A stretch of 38,745 bases of DNA from a virus (lineage: Duplodnaviria > Caudoviricetes), in the IMG/VR virus record IMGVR_UViG_3300011338_000448, positions 1 through 38,745 of that record; one strand, 5' to 3'. Under the pieces are notes generated by a model that saw only the letters and a program-made list of their open reading frames with translations, searched no databases and was not told where the DNA came from. A program made the position numbers and the translations under genes. Shown here piece by piece: positions 17,998-26,158 of the stretch (within the stretch, counting starts at the first letter, position 1; each line of letters starts with the position of its first letter).

Positions 17998-18369
17998 TTA
18001 CAGGCTAGGGTATTGTGTCGCCTCAACAGAAATCGTCTTGAACGAATCGCTGCCTTGTTCGGAGGAGACGGAATCAACAATGATTTTTCCGCCGGATACG
18101 CCGTGGGCGGTTGTGGCATTTGCGAGGGTGAGAAGTGCGCCAACGCTCGCAGTGGCGAGTCCAGATGTTCCATTGATTGCGCCCGAGAGAGAGATCGTGG
18201 CGGTTGCGCCGTAGTAAGAAACTGCGACGATGTCGCCATCCTCGTCCATTAGCTCAGATTTTGAGCTCTGAACGCTACGAGAAAAACTCGAGAGGATTAT
18301 ACCAGTCTCGGCGGTTGCTCCGAAAGTGACGTTTGAGGCGGAAGATGAAGTGATCACGGTTGCGGCCAT
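17998..18369 (-). CDS. major tail tube protein
   Basis: 123-aa S/T/A/G-rich beta protein; ELMDEDG loop; follows the terminator-like gene. Confidence 0.7.
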   Translation of the reverse strand: MAATVITSSSASNVTFGATAETGIILSSFSRSVQSSKSELMDEDGDIVAVSYYGATATISLSGAINGTSGLATASVGALLTLANATTAHGVSGGKIIVDSVSSEQGSDSFKTISVEATQYPSL

Positions 18370-18384
18370 ATTCTGATCGAATTG

Positions 18385-18861
18385 TCAACTCACCAGCGAA
18401 GCATGAACTGTGAGAGAGGCAGATCGCAAAAAGTGGCGTTCAGTTGTTTGCAGGGAAACAGGGCCATCGCGCAGAATGCCGTAAATGTAGCAATACTGGG
18501 GGCGAATTGAATTCAGCTTGCCAACAATGCCATTCACATCGTAGGCCACGCATAACACCTCGGCCCACAGGGACTCCAGCGTTTGCGCGTTCGCGTCATC
18601 TGCCTGCACCGCGAGCGCAATATCTACGCTAAATTGGAAGATCGCGGAATTGATAATCGACTCCTGCTGGCGAGCACATTTTACGAAACAAGCCGGGAGC
18701 GTCATGTTGTCGAAATTCTCAGCGGCAGTGACAACGAGAGCCGATCCCATCTCGGCCTGGACCGCCTGGATGAAAGCATCAGTGAGTGCCTTTTCTAACG
18801 TGAGAGTAATTGTTGCCGCAGGCTTCGGCGATTCGGGCTGTGTTGGAAAAAACATGCTCAT
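18385..18861 (-). CDS. tail terminator / completion protein
   Basis: Size, LPACFV strand, position just before the tail tube. Confidence 0.55.
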   Translation of the reverse strand: MSMFFPTQPESPKPAATITLTLEKALTDAFIQAVQAEMGSALVVTAAENFDNMTLPACFVKCARQQESIINSAIFQFSVDIALAVQADDANAQTLESLWAEVLCVAYDVNGIVGKLNSIRPQYCYIYGILRDGPVSLQTTERHFLRSASLTVHASLVS

Positions 18862-19169
18862 CGATTCACATCCTCAAGCGCGAAATCCACAGAAACACCA
18901 TCCTGGGCTAGCTCCGCCGAAATCACTCGAAACTCAGCGCCGGAAATGCTCACGCGGTCGCCGAGATTGACTTGCTGTGTAGCGGCGTTATAGGGGGCGG
19001 TTAGAGACATTGCGACCGATCCCATGAATCCGCCATCTTGCAAATTATTGTCTCGACGCAGCGTCGTGCGGTTCGCTGTAAATGATCGGCCCTGATGTAA
19101 TACAGTAACCGGCAATTCGCCAATCATGGCGTCAAGATCATTCGCCAAAAACTCAATAAGAGTACTCAC
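18858..19169 (-). CDS. head-tail joining protein (gpFII-like), GTG start
   Basis: LGDRVSISGAEFRVIS beta-barrel pattern. Confidence 0.65.
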   Translation of the reverse strand: MSTLIEFLANDLDAMIGELPVTVLHQGRSFTANRTTLRRDNNLQDGGFMGSVAMSLTAPYNAATQQVNLGDRVSISGAEFRVISAELAQDGVSVDFALEDVNR

Positions 19170-19179
19170 AGATGGGGGA

Positions 19180-19866
19180 TTAAATCAACTGGCACTCTTT
19201 GCAGAGTCGCCAATACTCGCTCCCCTTGACCGGCTTCTCTTTCGACTGATTGTGCGTGGCATTCGACCAGTGGATGACATCGGCCTTGATTGGATGCGTA
19301 TATGGCGACTCCGGCACGCCGCCGCAGTCGAAATAATGCGGGAGCGTCTTATACGCGATGCCGTAGCGTTGCAAGCCTGCATGAATCGCAATCATGGCCT
19401 CATGCCAATCGCGTCCCGCCATGCCATCAGAGAGCATATCGGCAAGGTGCGCCGCCGTGTCCTTGGAGAAGGCGTCACCTTTCGGGAGCGCCATGACGAC
19501 AGGCGAGACGGAAGAGAGCCAAGGCGAGAATGTATAAGGCTCAAGATCGAGCTTGACGGTGACTGCGCAGTCCATCTGCACCCACACGCCACCGTGGCGG
19601 TAGAGGGTTTCGAGCGCGAAGTAATCACTCCAATGCGCGAATGATCCAATCCCCCCATTGGGGATGTAGGGGTGGGGGATGCCCGCGAATCCTATCGGTT
19701 GCAAGACATCCTTCGGCAGTTGCTCGACCTTCACGCCATCAGGCACGCCATCTACCTCACCTCTCACCCAGAGCGTGGGCGAGTTGCCATTTTTAGCGAG
19801 AAGCGTGAGCGTTAGTTTCTCCATCAGCCCCAGCTTCGGGCCGATCCAGACTGAATGCGTAATCAT
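19180..19866 (-). CDS. GT32/DXD-family glycosyltransferase-like protein (start MITHSVWIG)
   Basis: HSVWIG, WSDYFALETLYRHGGVWVQMD (variant of SDxxR...GGxYxDxD). Confidence 0.72.
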   Translation of the reverse strand: MITHSVWIGPKLGLMEKLTLTLLAKNGNSPTLWVRGEVDGVPDGVKVEQLPKDVLQPIGFAGIPHPYIPNGGIGSFAHWSDYFALETLYRHGGVWVQMDCAVTVKLDLEPYTFSPWLSSVSPVVMALPKGDAFSKDTAAHLADMLSDGMAGRDWHEAMIAIHAGLQRYGIAYKTLPHYFDCGGVPESPYTHPIKADVIHWSNATHNQSKEKPVKGSEYWRLCKECQLI

Positions 19867-21029
19867 TTCCTCGCTAGGATTGTCAAGCCGTTGTTGTTCT
19901 CGTGATGCTCGAAGAGCACCCAATGCGGGTTGTCGCGCATGAATTCCTGAATCGCCAGATTGATGCCAGGTTCCCGATAATCTTCGCCGACGAGGCCGAA
20001 GGAGACTGTGTCATGGAATGCGATGTATTTACGCGCCTGATTGCCATGGCGATCCAGCTCGCCTTTGACCTGCCCGTAGGTGTGGAGCGTATCAACGAAG
20101 AGCATGTCGGTCTCTTCGATCACATCGGCATCCAGCGTCGATCCGTGGCGAAAGAGCCAATCGACCTGGAGTTGCGGGCGAAGGGCGAAGATGTTGTAGG
20201 GATCGCCGAGATCATAGCTGCGAAGCACAGGACGTATCTTGTTGGAGAGCCCATGCAGAAAAGAGAAGGTGGACATGCCGCTTCTCACGCCGAACTCGGT
20301 GATGTGGTTGCATTCGCGGGCGAGTTGCGCGAGCCGAAGGAGATGTTGGTGGATATCGCTCTCGACTGATCGGCAGCGGTTAAATAACGTGAGCATTGGC
20401 CACATTTCGGCCATCTTGTTCGCCCCATATTTGTAGGCTTCTTGACTGTTTTGATGACGGACGATGTCATCTTCGGCTCGCGTTCCATTGCTCGGATGGT
20501 CGTGGTTCCATTGCAGACCCTTCACTTGCAGAATCGGACATTCGAGCTGCGTGCGCACGGTGAAATCGTTGTCGCAGAATACGCCGAAAAAATCGGGATG
20601 GAAAATATATCCGCGCTTGTTGTAGAGCGCCCGCGAAATGATTGGATGGCACATCAGGCCATCGCCGCGCACGGTATCGGGGACATAGCAAGCCCATTCC
20701 AGGTTGCCCGGCGGTAGCTTCTCGACCTGTTCATCCCAGCCTTGCGGCGGCGTGAGATCGTCAGCGACTACGATCAGGATTTCGCCCGTTGATAGCGCCG
20801 CAGCGGCATTCCAGTTGGCGACAGATGACGATGCCCACTCTGGCGGCGGAACGCTGACGCTGTGCTGGCAGTCGATAAATGCGCGGGCGCTCTGGTCGTC
20901 GTCGGATTGAATGCCGAAAATATGCTCGATGCGGTCGGGATGAATCGCCCTGTCAATCCAAATCTGGCGGGTTGCAAGTGCGCGCTCGGGGGTGCCGCGA
21001 GTCGCGTGAAGTAGTGTTAGTTTTTTCAT
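19863..21029 (-). CDS. GT2-like glycosyltransferase fused to a class I SAM methyltransferase
   Basis: N: LLHATRG, WNAAA..STGEILIVVADD, FCDNDFT; C: EFGVRSGMST, LFVDTLHTY, IAFHDT. Confidence 0.82.
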   Translation of the reverse strand: MKKLTLLHATRGTPERALATRQIWIDRAIHPDRIEHIFGIQSDDDQSARAFIDCQHSVSVPPPEWASSSVANWNAAAALSTGEILIVVADDLTPPQGWDEQVEKLPPGNLEWACYVPDTVRGDGLMCHPIISRALYNKRGYIFHPDFFGVFCDNDFTVRTQLECPILQVKGLQWNHDHPSNGTRAEDDIVRHQNSQEAYKYGANKMAEMWPMLTLFNRCRSVESDIHQHLLRLAQLARECNHITEFGVRSGMSTFSFLHGLSNKIRPVLRSYDLGDPYNIFALRPQLQVDWLFRHGSTLDADVIEETDMLFVDTLHTYGQVKGELDRHGNQARKYIAFHDTVSFGLVGEDYREPGINLAIQEFMRDNPHWVLFEHHENNNGLTILARK

Positions 21030-22705
21030 GTGGTTAATTTTTCAAAAATTGCTTTCGCGCGTTCAGCTTCGACGGGGTCATTGACACGGCGATGCGTCTC
21101 ATCAGTCGTGATAGAGGGCTCATAAATAGGATGATGATGAGCAAATACAATATCTCGCGCTTCAATGACGGCATTTGCCTTCTGCGCACGAATGGTGAAC
21201 TCGGCGTCCGAGTATTGGTTTTTAAAGTGTTTATCGAAGAGGCCGTATTGCTCATAGAATTTGCGCGTGATAATCGCCATTGGCATTAGCTCGTCAGTGC
21301 GAACGCCATCCGAGATGCGGAGCGCCTGTGACTGGCGTATGTCGATCCTCTGTTCGATCATCTCGTCCCATCCCGGGGGACACTCCCAGTCGTCCGAAAA
21401 TTGCAGCAATATGTCGCCGGTCGAATGCTTGGCTGCGAGATTCCAGGCTCCGACTGCGTGGCCGTCTGGATCTTGTTGCATGACACTAGAGAATCGTTGA
21501 AGCTGGGCGGCGCTCTCATCATCACAGTCCACTGCGAAGATGTGTTCGATCCGCTCGGGACGCGTGGCCCTCGACAACCATAAATTCATATTCTGCACGG
21601 CGCGCAGCGGCCTCCCCCTAGTGGCGTGAAGCAAGGAGATTCGCGGAGTTCCCCCATTAGCCAAGACGCTTGACTCGACTCTGAATGCCTGGCGCCCCTC
21701 GCCTGTTAGCCGCAGCGCCCATGCCCTAAGCTGTTTTGCTTTCCATCCGTAATACTCAGCCCTGTGCGTCCATTGAGGGAACGATGGCACAGGGATTTTA
21801 TCCATTCGGTCGATTATCGCTAGGGCCTCCTCGGCCTTGCCGTTATCCATTAGGATCGACGCTTGTAGCGCGAGGGCTTCGCGGCGGTTGGGATCGACCT
21901 TTTCAGCGCCGGTGGCAAAACGCATGGCAGTATCTCCGCCTGTCATATTGCTCATGTTCAAGAGCGTTTCGTATCTATGGACCCCATCAAGCGATTTTAG
22001 CGCGAGCGCCTCCGCGCCGTATCGGATTGCCTCCTCTCGCTCGCCTTGGATCATTTTCTCGTAGTGTAGGTAGAATTTAATGTTCGGCGTGAACGAATCG
22101 TTGAACTCGAGGATGCGCGTGTTGCGGTCATTGCTTGACCTGCGGCCAAGCGGGGGCATGTGGCGGGCACTCTCAAGATCGCGGCGGCTCCAGATTTTAA
22201 CTGGCTTCGTCGGGTGCATATTCTCATGCACGGGGCGCCACCACCAGCCGGTTTTGTAGCGGAAGAATCTCTCCCGTGGCGCCCGCTTGTGTTGCTCGGG
22301 GATCACGTAGTCGGTCAGAATCCAATCGCAATCCTGCGGGCATTCTGTGAGTGCCTTCCGGTGCGGTTCAACCTGCTCTTCTGGCAGGATGTCATCGATA
22401 TCGGCCCACATAACCCAGCCTCCCTCGTCGGCGAGGTCATAGGCTTGAGTAAAGGCCATGTTGCGGGCGGCGGCGAAATTGTCGAGATGCGGCCACCCGT
22501 CGCATAGTGGGGAATTTCGATATTCGGCAACATGACAACCAAGTTCCTTGGCAATGTCTAATGTGCGATCCGGCTTAAGAGATCCGATAGCGCGAATGAC
22601 AACGATTTCGTCGCAGATTTTCCCATAGGATTTCACGCATCGCTCGATGCGCTCTTCTTCGTTGCCTGTGATCAGCCCGGCAACTAGGCGTGGTTTTCGG
22701 TTCAT
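21026..22705 (-). CDS. bifunctional glycosyltransferase: GT2 + TPR + second GT2-like domain
   Basis: NEEERIERCV, NFAAARN, WADIDD, PVHE; TPR helices; LLHATRG...WNLAA..STGDILLQFSDD. Confidence 0.85.
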   Translation of the reverse strand: MNRKPRLVAGLITGNEEERIERCVKSYGKICDEIVVIRAIGSLKPDRTLDIAKELGCHVAEYRNSPLCDGWPHLDNFAAARNMAFTQAYDLADEGGWVMWADIDDILPEEQVEPHRKALTECPQDCDWILTDYVIPEQHKRAPRERFFRYKTGWWWRPVHENMHPTKPVKIWSRRDLESARHMPPLGRRSSNDRNTRILEFNDSFTPNIKFYLHYEKMIQGEREEAIRYGAEALALKSLDGVHRYETLLNMSNMTGGDTAMRFATGAEKVDPNRREALALQASILMDNGKAEEALAIIDRMDKIPVPSFPQWTHRAEYYGWKAKQLRAWALRLTGEGRQAFRVESSVLANGGTPRISLLHATRGRPLRAVQNMNLWLSRATRPERIEHIFAVDCDDESAAQLQRFSSVMQQDPDGHAVGAWNLAAKHSTGDILLQFSDDWECPPGWDEMIEQRIDIRQSQALRISDGVRTDELMPMAIITRKFYEQYGLFDKHFKNQYSDAEFTIRAQKANAVIEARDIVFAHHHPIYEPSITTDETHRRVNDPVEAERAKAIFEKLTT

Positions 22706-22724
22706 GTCTGATTGGGTGCGGTTG

Positions 22725-23351
22725 TCAACAAAATGATGTTTGAATATCTATTGTTGCGCTGGCATCGTATCGACGCGATTCGCCTTTTGGGTATGCCTCG
22801 CGATCATATCGCAGAAGAGATGCAAGTTTTTTTCTTTGCACTTTTGATCCGACAAAGAAAATATAGCGATGCTTTCTGGATCGCTCGACATATTCAAATC
22901 CTTCGCCCCATTTGCCGCGACTGTGCTTGTTTTCTTCGCCGACCTTCACGGCATCAAGGCGCTTCGCGGAGAGGCCCGTGTAAATCCAATTTGTAGCCTG
23001 ATACACATAACCAACATGGCCTTGCTTGGTATCGGCATACGAAACCACAATCGAAGGGCTTGGCAGCATCTGAAGCGATCTGCCAACAAGGCGGGATGCG
23101 GTGTCCTTGGTATTTTCACAGCATAGCCGATTCAACTCTAAAACCTTGTCGGCCCATTCTTCTCCGCAAATGCCGCGACAAAGATGCGGCGAGGCTGGCA
23201 CGCCATAAGTCACTACGCCAATCAAGTCAGTTCCGCGAAACGCTCCAAAGGCATGAACGATCATGCACATTCTTTTTTGATAATGCTTGGCAAGAATCCA
23301 AGGCTCCGCTTCATTCGCTGGGATTGGCCTAACATCAATATCTGTTTTCAT
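22725..23351 (-). CDS. mom: Mom-family GNAT DNA (adenine) modification enzyme
   Basis: KHY, IGVVTYG.P, LELNRL, SYAD..QGHVGYVYQATNWIYTG, KHRYIF. Confidence 0.82.
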   Translation of the reverse strand: MKTDIDVRPIPANEAEPWILAKHYQKRMCMIVHAFGAFRGTDLIGVVTYGVPASPHLCRGICGEEWADKVLELNRLCCENTKDTASRLVGRSLQMLPSPSIVVSYADTKQGHVGYVYQATNWIYTGLSAKRLDAVKVGEENKHSRGKWGEGFEYVERSRKHRYIFFVGSKVQRKKLASLLRYDREAYPKGESRRYDASATIDIQTSFC

Positions 23352-23390
23352 ATCTCAAGCCACCAACAAACCACAGGCGGCTTGCAATGT

Positions 23391-23427
23391 AAAACAAAAA
23401 ACCCGCCCCTTTGCAAGGGCGGGTTTT
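23391..23427 (-). terminator. intrinsic terminator after the major capsid gene
   Basis: AAAACCCGCCC-loop-GGGCGGGTTTTTTGTTTT on the minus strand. Confidence 0.88.
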
Positions 23428-23449
23428 CTTGATGAACAACCAAGCAGTC

Positions 23450-24409
23450 TTAGAGGCCAGTCGTGATGCGGATGATGCTGGAACCGTCGATGACCTTCTC
23501 GCTGACATGCTGGCGAACGCGCAGCACATTCGAGCGACGGGCCTCGTCGCGGTAGGTTTCCGCAACGAAGGGCACAGGGCTATCAGCGCCCCAGAGGATC
23601 GAGCGACCGAATCCGCCAGCGGCAAACTCACCGCCGCGTGTATCGGCGAGAGCGATGTACGAATCGCCCCATACGAAACTGCCGGAATAGGTTTTGCCTT
23701 TAGCTGCGGAGTTTTTAGGTGCGCGGCCAACCAAGAGACGATCAACGCCGCAAGCCTGAGCAACTTCCTGCTCGGAGAGCAGGCGGGTGCTGTTGGTAGC
23801 GACAACGCCGAACATTTGGTTCTGTACCTTGGTCGAGCGGCGAACGCGCTCGAAGAGTACGGCGCTCATTACAAGCGTATTTGGCAAAACCCCATATTTC
23901 GCGAGCTCGAGCTTGCCAGCGGCGACATCTGCGGGGAGGTCGAATGTGGTGATGTTTGCTTCAGTGTAGGCGGCTGTCGATCCTGTGCCGGAGATTGCAG
24001 TCAAGCCATTCGCGGCGAAGGTTGCGGTAGCAACACGGGCCTCGTGGCCGATCTGAATTTGGTTCAGGAGCATATCAGCGACGGCAACCTCGACATCGAG
24101 GAAGCGAGCTAGGTCACGCTGAGTAGCATCGGGGAGGATTTCTTCGAGGCCGTATTCGGTGGTGGCGAAGGTGTCGCTCACGAATTTGCGGCTAACGCGT
24201 GGGTACGCCGAACCGGCAGCGATCTTGGTCGCGTCGTCGTTCAGAGCCTCGCTCTGTCCGAGATTGATTTTGAGATATTCGCCCGAGCGAACATCCGCAA
24301 CATAAATCGGCATGACTTCCGCGCCGATGAAGAGATTCTGGCGGTTGCTGCGGCCTTCAAAGACGGCCTGTGCGATGTCGCCCCGGATTGTGGTAGTGGA
24401 GATTGCCAT
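23450..24409 (-). CDS. major capsid protein (HK97 fold, lambda gpE-like)
   Basis: 319 aa; EYGLEE, PNTLVMS, ETYRDE..RSNVLRVR; after scaffold/decoration, before a strong terminator. Confidence 0.85.
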   Translation of the reverse strand: MAISTTTIRGDIAQAVFEGRSNRQNLFIGAEVMPIYVADVRSGEYLKINLGQSEALNDDATKIAAGSAYPRVSRKFVSDTFATTEYGLEEILPDATQRDLARFLDVEVAVADMLLNQIQIGHEARVATATFAANGLTAISGTGSTAAYTEANITTFDLPADVAAGKLELAKYGVLPNTLVMSAVLFERVRRSTKVQNQMFGVVATNSTRLLSEQEVAQACGVDRLLVGRAPKNSAAKGKTYSGSFVWGDSYIALADTRGGEFAAGGFGRSILWGADSPVPFVAETYRDEARRSNVLRVRQHVSEKVIDGSSIIRITTGL

Positions 24410-24430
24410 GGTAGTGGTTCTGGTGTTGGA

Positions 24431-24784
24431 TTAGAGTTTAGGAGCGTATTCGATCACTTCGCCGGTCGCGCCGTTCTGGAGCGCAACGCCGAGCGTTAAG
24501 GCTGAGGTAACGAGCGTGCCAACAATGACGCCGCCAGTCGTAGCGAACACATTATTGCCAGCAGTCACAGGGCCAGGAGAGACGAGGCCGAACTGGGTCG
24601 GATGGAAAAGTTTCACATCGCCGACATCAGCGGCAGAGACATCGTCTTGCACGACTCCGATTGCTTCGCTAGCGGTGACCACCGCAGCGGCTGCGTTAGC
24701 GCCCGATACATAGACGAGCGTGTTGGCCGAGATCGCGCTCGCGAAGGAGAACGTCCGGAATGAGTTGTCGATTTGTGTTGCCAT
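24431..24784 (-). CDS. capsid decoration / cement protein (DUF2190-like)
   Basis: Small A/G/V-rich beta protein; AIGV, LGVALQ..ATGEVIE. Confidence 0.7.
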   Translation of the reverse strand: MATQIDNSFRTFSFASAISANTLVYVSGANAAAAVVTASEAIGVVQDDVSAADVGDVKLFHPTQFGLVSPGPVTAGNNVFATTGGVIVGTLVTSALTLGVALQNGATGEVIEYAPKL

Positions 24785-24793
24785 GGTGGTGTG

Positions 24794-25642
24794 TTAGAAA
24801 GTGAGTCGGTTAGAATCGCGGAGGGCGATGTATTCGGCGGGGTGGGCGTTCATCGCAAACTTGATCGCGGCGGTACGGCTGCCGAGTTCGGATGTCTTGG
24901 CGTCGATGAATGCCTTGAGGTCGAGCGGTTGCTCTCTCTTCTCTTCGACGGCGGCGCTGGCTTTCATTGGGGCAGCGCCGAAGTTGGAGATTATTTGGTC
25001 AAGCTTTGCTTCAAAGCGGGAGAGGGCGGCGTCCTCGGACATTTCCTCTTTTTTCTCAGGCTCGCCGGCAGGCATCTCTTCCATTTTTTTCTTGTAATCG
25101 CCAAAGGCAGATTCAAGGCTCATCAGTCGCTTGAGGAGGTCCGCGATGGAGATTTCCTTCTCGTCCTCCTCGGGTTCGATTTCAATAGTGGCGTCTTCCA
25201 TTTTATTGGATTTTTTGTCAACTGCCTGGAATGAAAATAGGCCGGTCGGGTTCGCGGCGGGGGTCTGTACTAGGTCGGCAGAGTAAAGCTCTGTGCAGCT
25301 CGCAAAGCGTTTTCCGCTGATATCGCGGACGGGGCCAGAGAATGCGATGGAGATGCCAAATGTGTCGGGCAGCTTCTCGGCGATCTCTAGCACATAGGCT
25401 CGTTTCTCTGCGTTCTCGAGCAGGTTTAGATCAGCAACGAGTTTGTCACCTATGATGCGGAAATTGTCGCAGAATCCAACAATGTCCTTAATCCCTGCGC
25501 CGTGGTCGAGATTGACCTTGACGCCGCCCGCGTAGCTCTCGGCGCAGGCTTTGACTTCTTGCAGGGTGATCGCGTCCACGAAGAGGCCGTGGCCCTTGGC
25601 TTCGCCGACCGAGATGATTGAGACGCCTTCGATGATGTCCAT
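24794..25642 (-). CDS. prohead protease + scaffold protein
   Basis: GEAKGH, LDHG, FGISI, SADLV.TPAANP; acidic coiled-coil C-terminal half. Confidence 0.8.
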   Translation of the reverse strand: MDIIEGVSIISVGEAKGHGLFVDAITLQEVKACAESYAGGVKVNLDHGAGIKDIVGFCDNFRIIGDKLVADLNLLENAEKRAYVLEIAEKLPDTFGISIAFSGPVRDISGKRFASCTELYSADLVQTPAANPTGLFSFQAVDKKSNKMEDATIEIEPEEDEKEISIADLLKRLMSLESAFGDYKKKMEEMPAGEPEKKEEMSEDAALSRFEAKLDQIISNFGAAPMKASAAVEEKREQPLDLKAFIDAKTSELGSRTAAIKFAMNAHPAEYIALRDSNRLTF

Positions 25643-25681
25643 GCGTGGACACGGATGTCAAATTAGCTGAGCGCGACTCCC

Positions 25682-26158
25682 CTAATCGTCGCAAGCGTCC
25701 GCGATGTTTTGCGGGTAAAATTCTTCAAACGCCGCCTGTGCCATCATGCGAATCGCAGCCTCGTCGTCCTCTGCGCAACCCACAACCTCGAAACTAGTCG
25801 ATATGCTAGGCTTGATGCGGCTCGCCGAGAGATTCGTGATGTTGGATGCGATATTCGCGAATGCCGAAATGTGCGGCGATGGAGTGGATATCTGCGCGAC
25901 GGCGTGGTTGCTTTGAGCCCGCACGCTCGCCGATGTCGCAACTCTCACGCCATCGGTCGAGAGCTTGGCCGTGACTCCTCTAACCTTGATTGATAGGACT
26001 GGCCGCGAAGTAAATCCCCCCGGCAAATCCTTTGCCACGAGTGGCGGTGGTGGCGGCGCGCCGGAGATTTGGAGTAAGCCCTGCGTGCCAATCGACAGCG
26101 GCGTCGGGCTTGGCAGCAAGCCCTGTGTGGCTATAAGCAGGCTTGTAAGAATCGTCAT
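25682..26158 (-). CDS. hypothetical (structural-cluster) protein
   Basis: Repeated I(A/G)TQGLL, Pro-rich linker; coupled to the upstream gene. Confidence 0.55.
   Translation of the reverse strand: MTILTSLLIATQGLLPSPTPLSIGTQGLLQISGAPPPPPLVAKDLPGGFTSRPVLSIKVRGVTAKLSTDGVRVATSASVRAQSNHAVAQISTPSPHISAFANIASNITNLSASRIKPSISTSFEVVGCAEDDEAAIRMMAQAAFEEFYPQNIADACDD

Noticed and set aside
17949-18239. N-terminal extensions of tracked ORFs (also 6170-6259, 3629-3763, 19867-19923, 30830-30910)
   Set aside because: They overlap upstream genes; downstream ATGs with stop/start coupling or the TTGACA motif are better starts
23411-24112. Long plus-strand ORFs (also 14962..15723, 32945..33667, 2060..2677 and others)
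   Set aside because: Antisense shadows of well-supported minus-strand genes; no recognisable motifs
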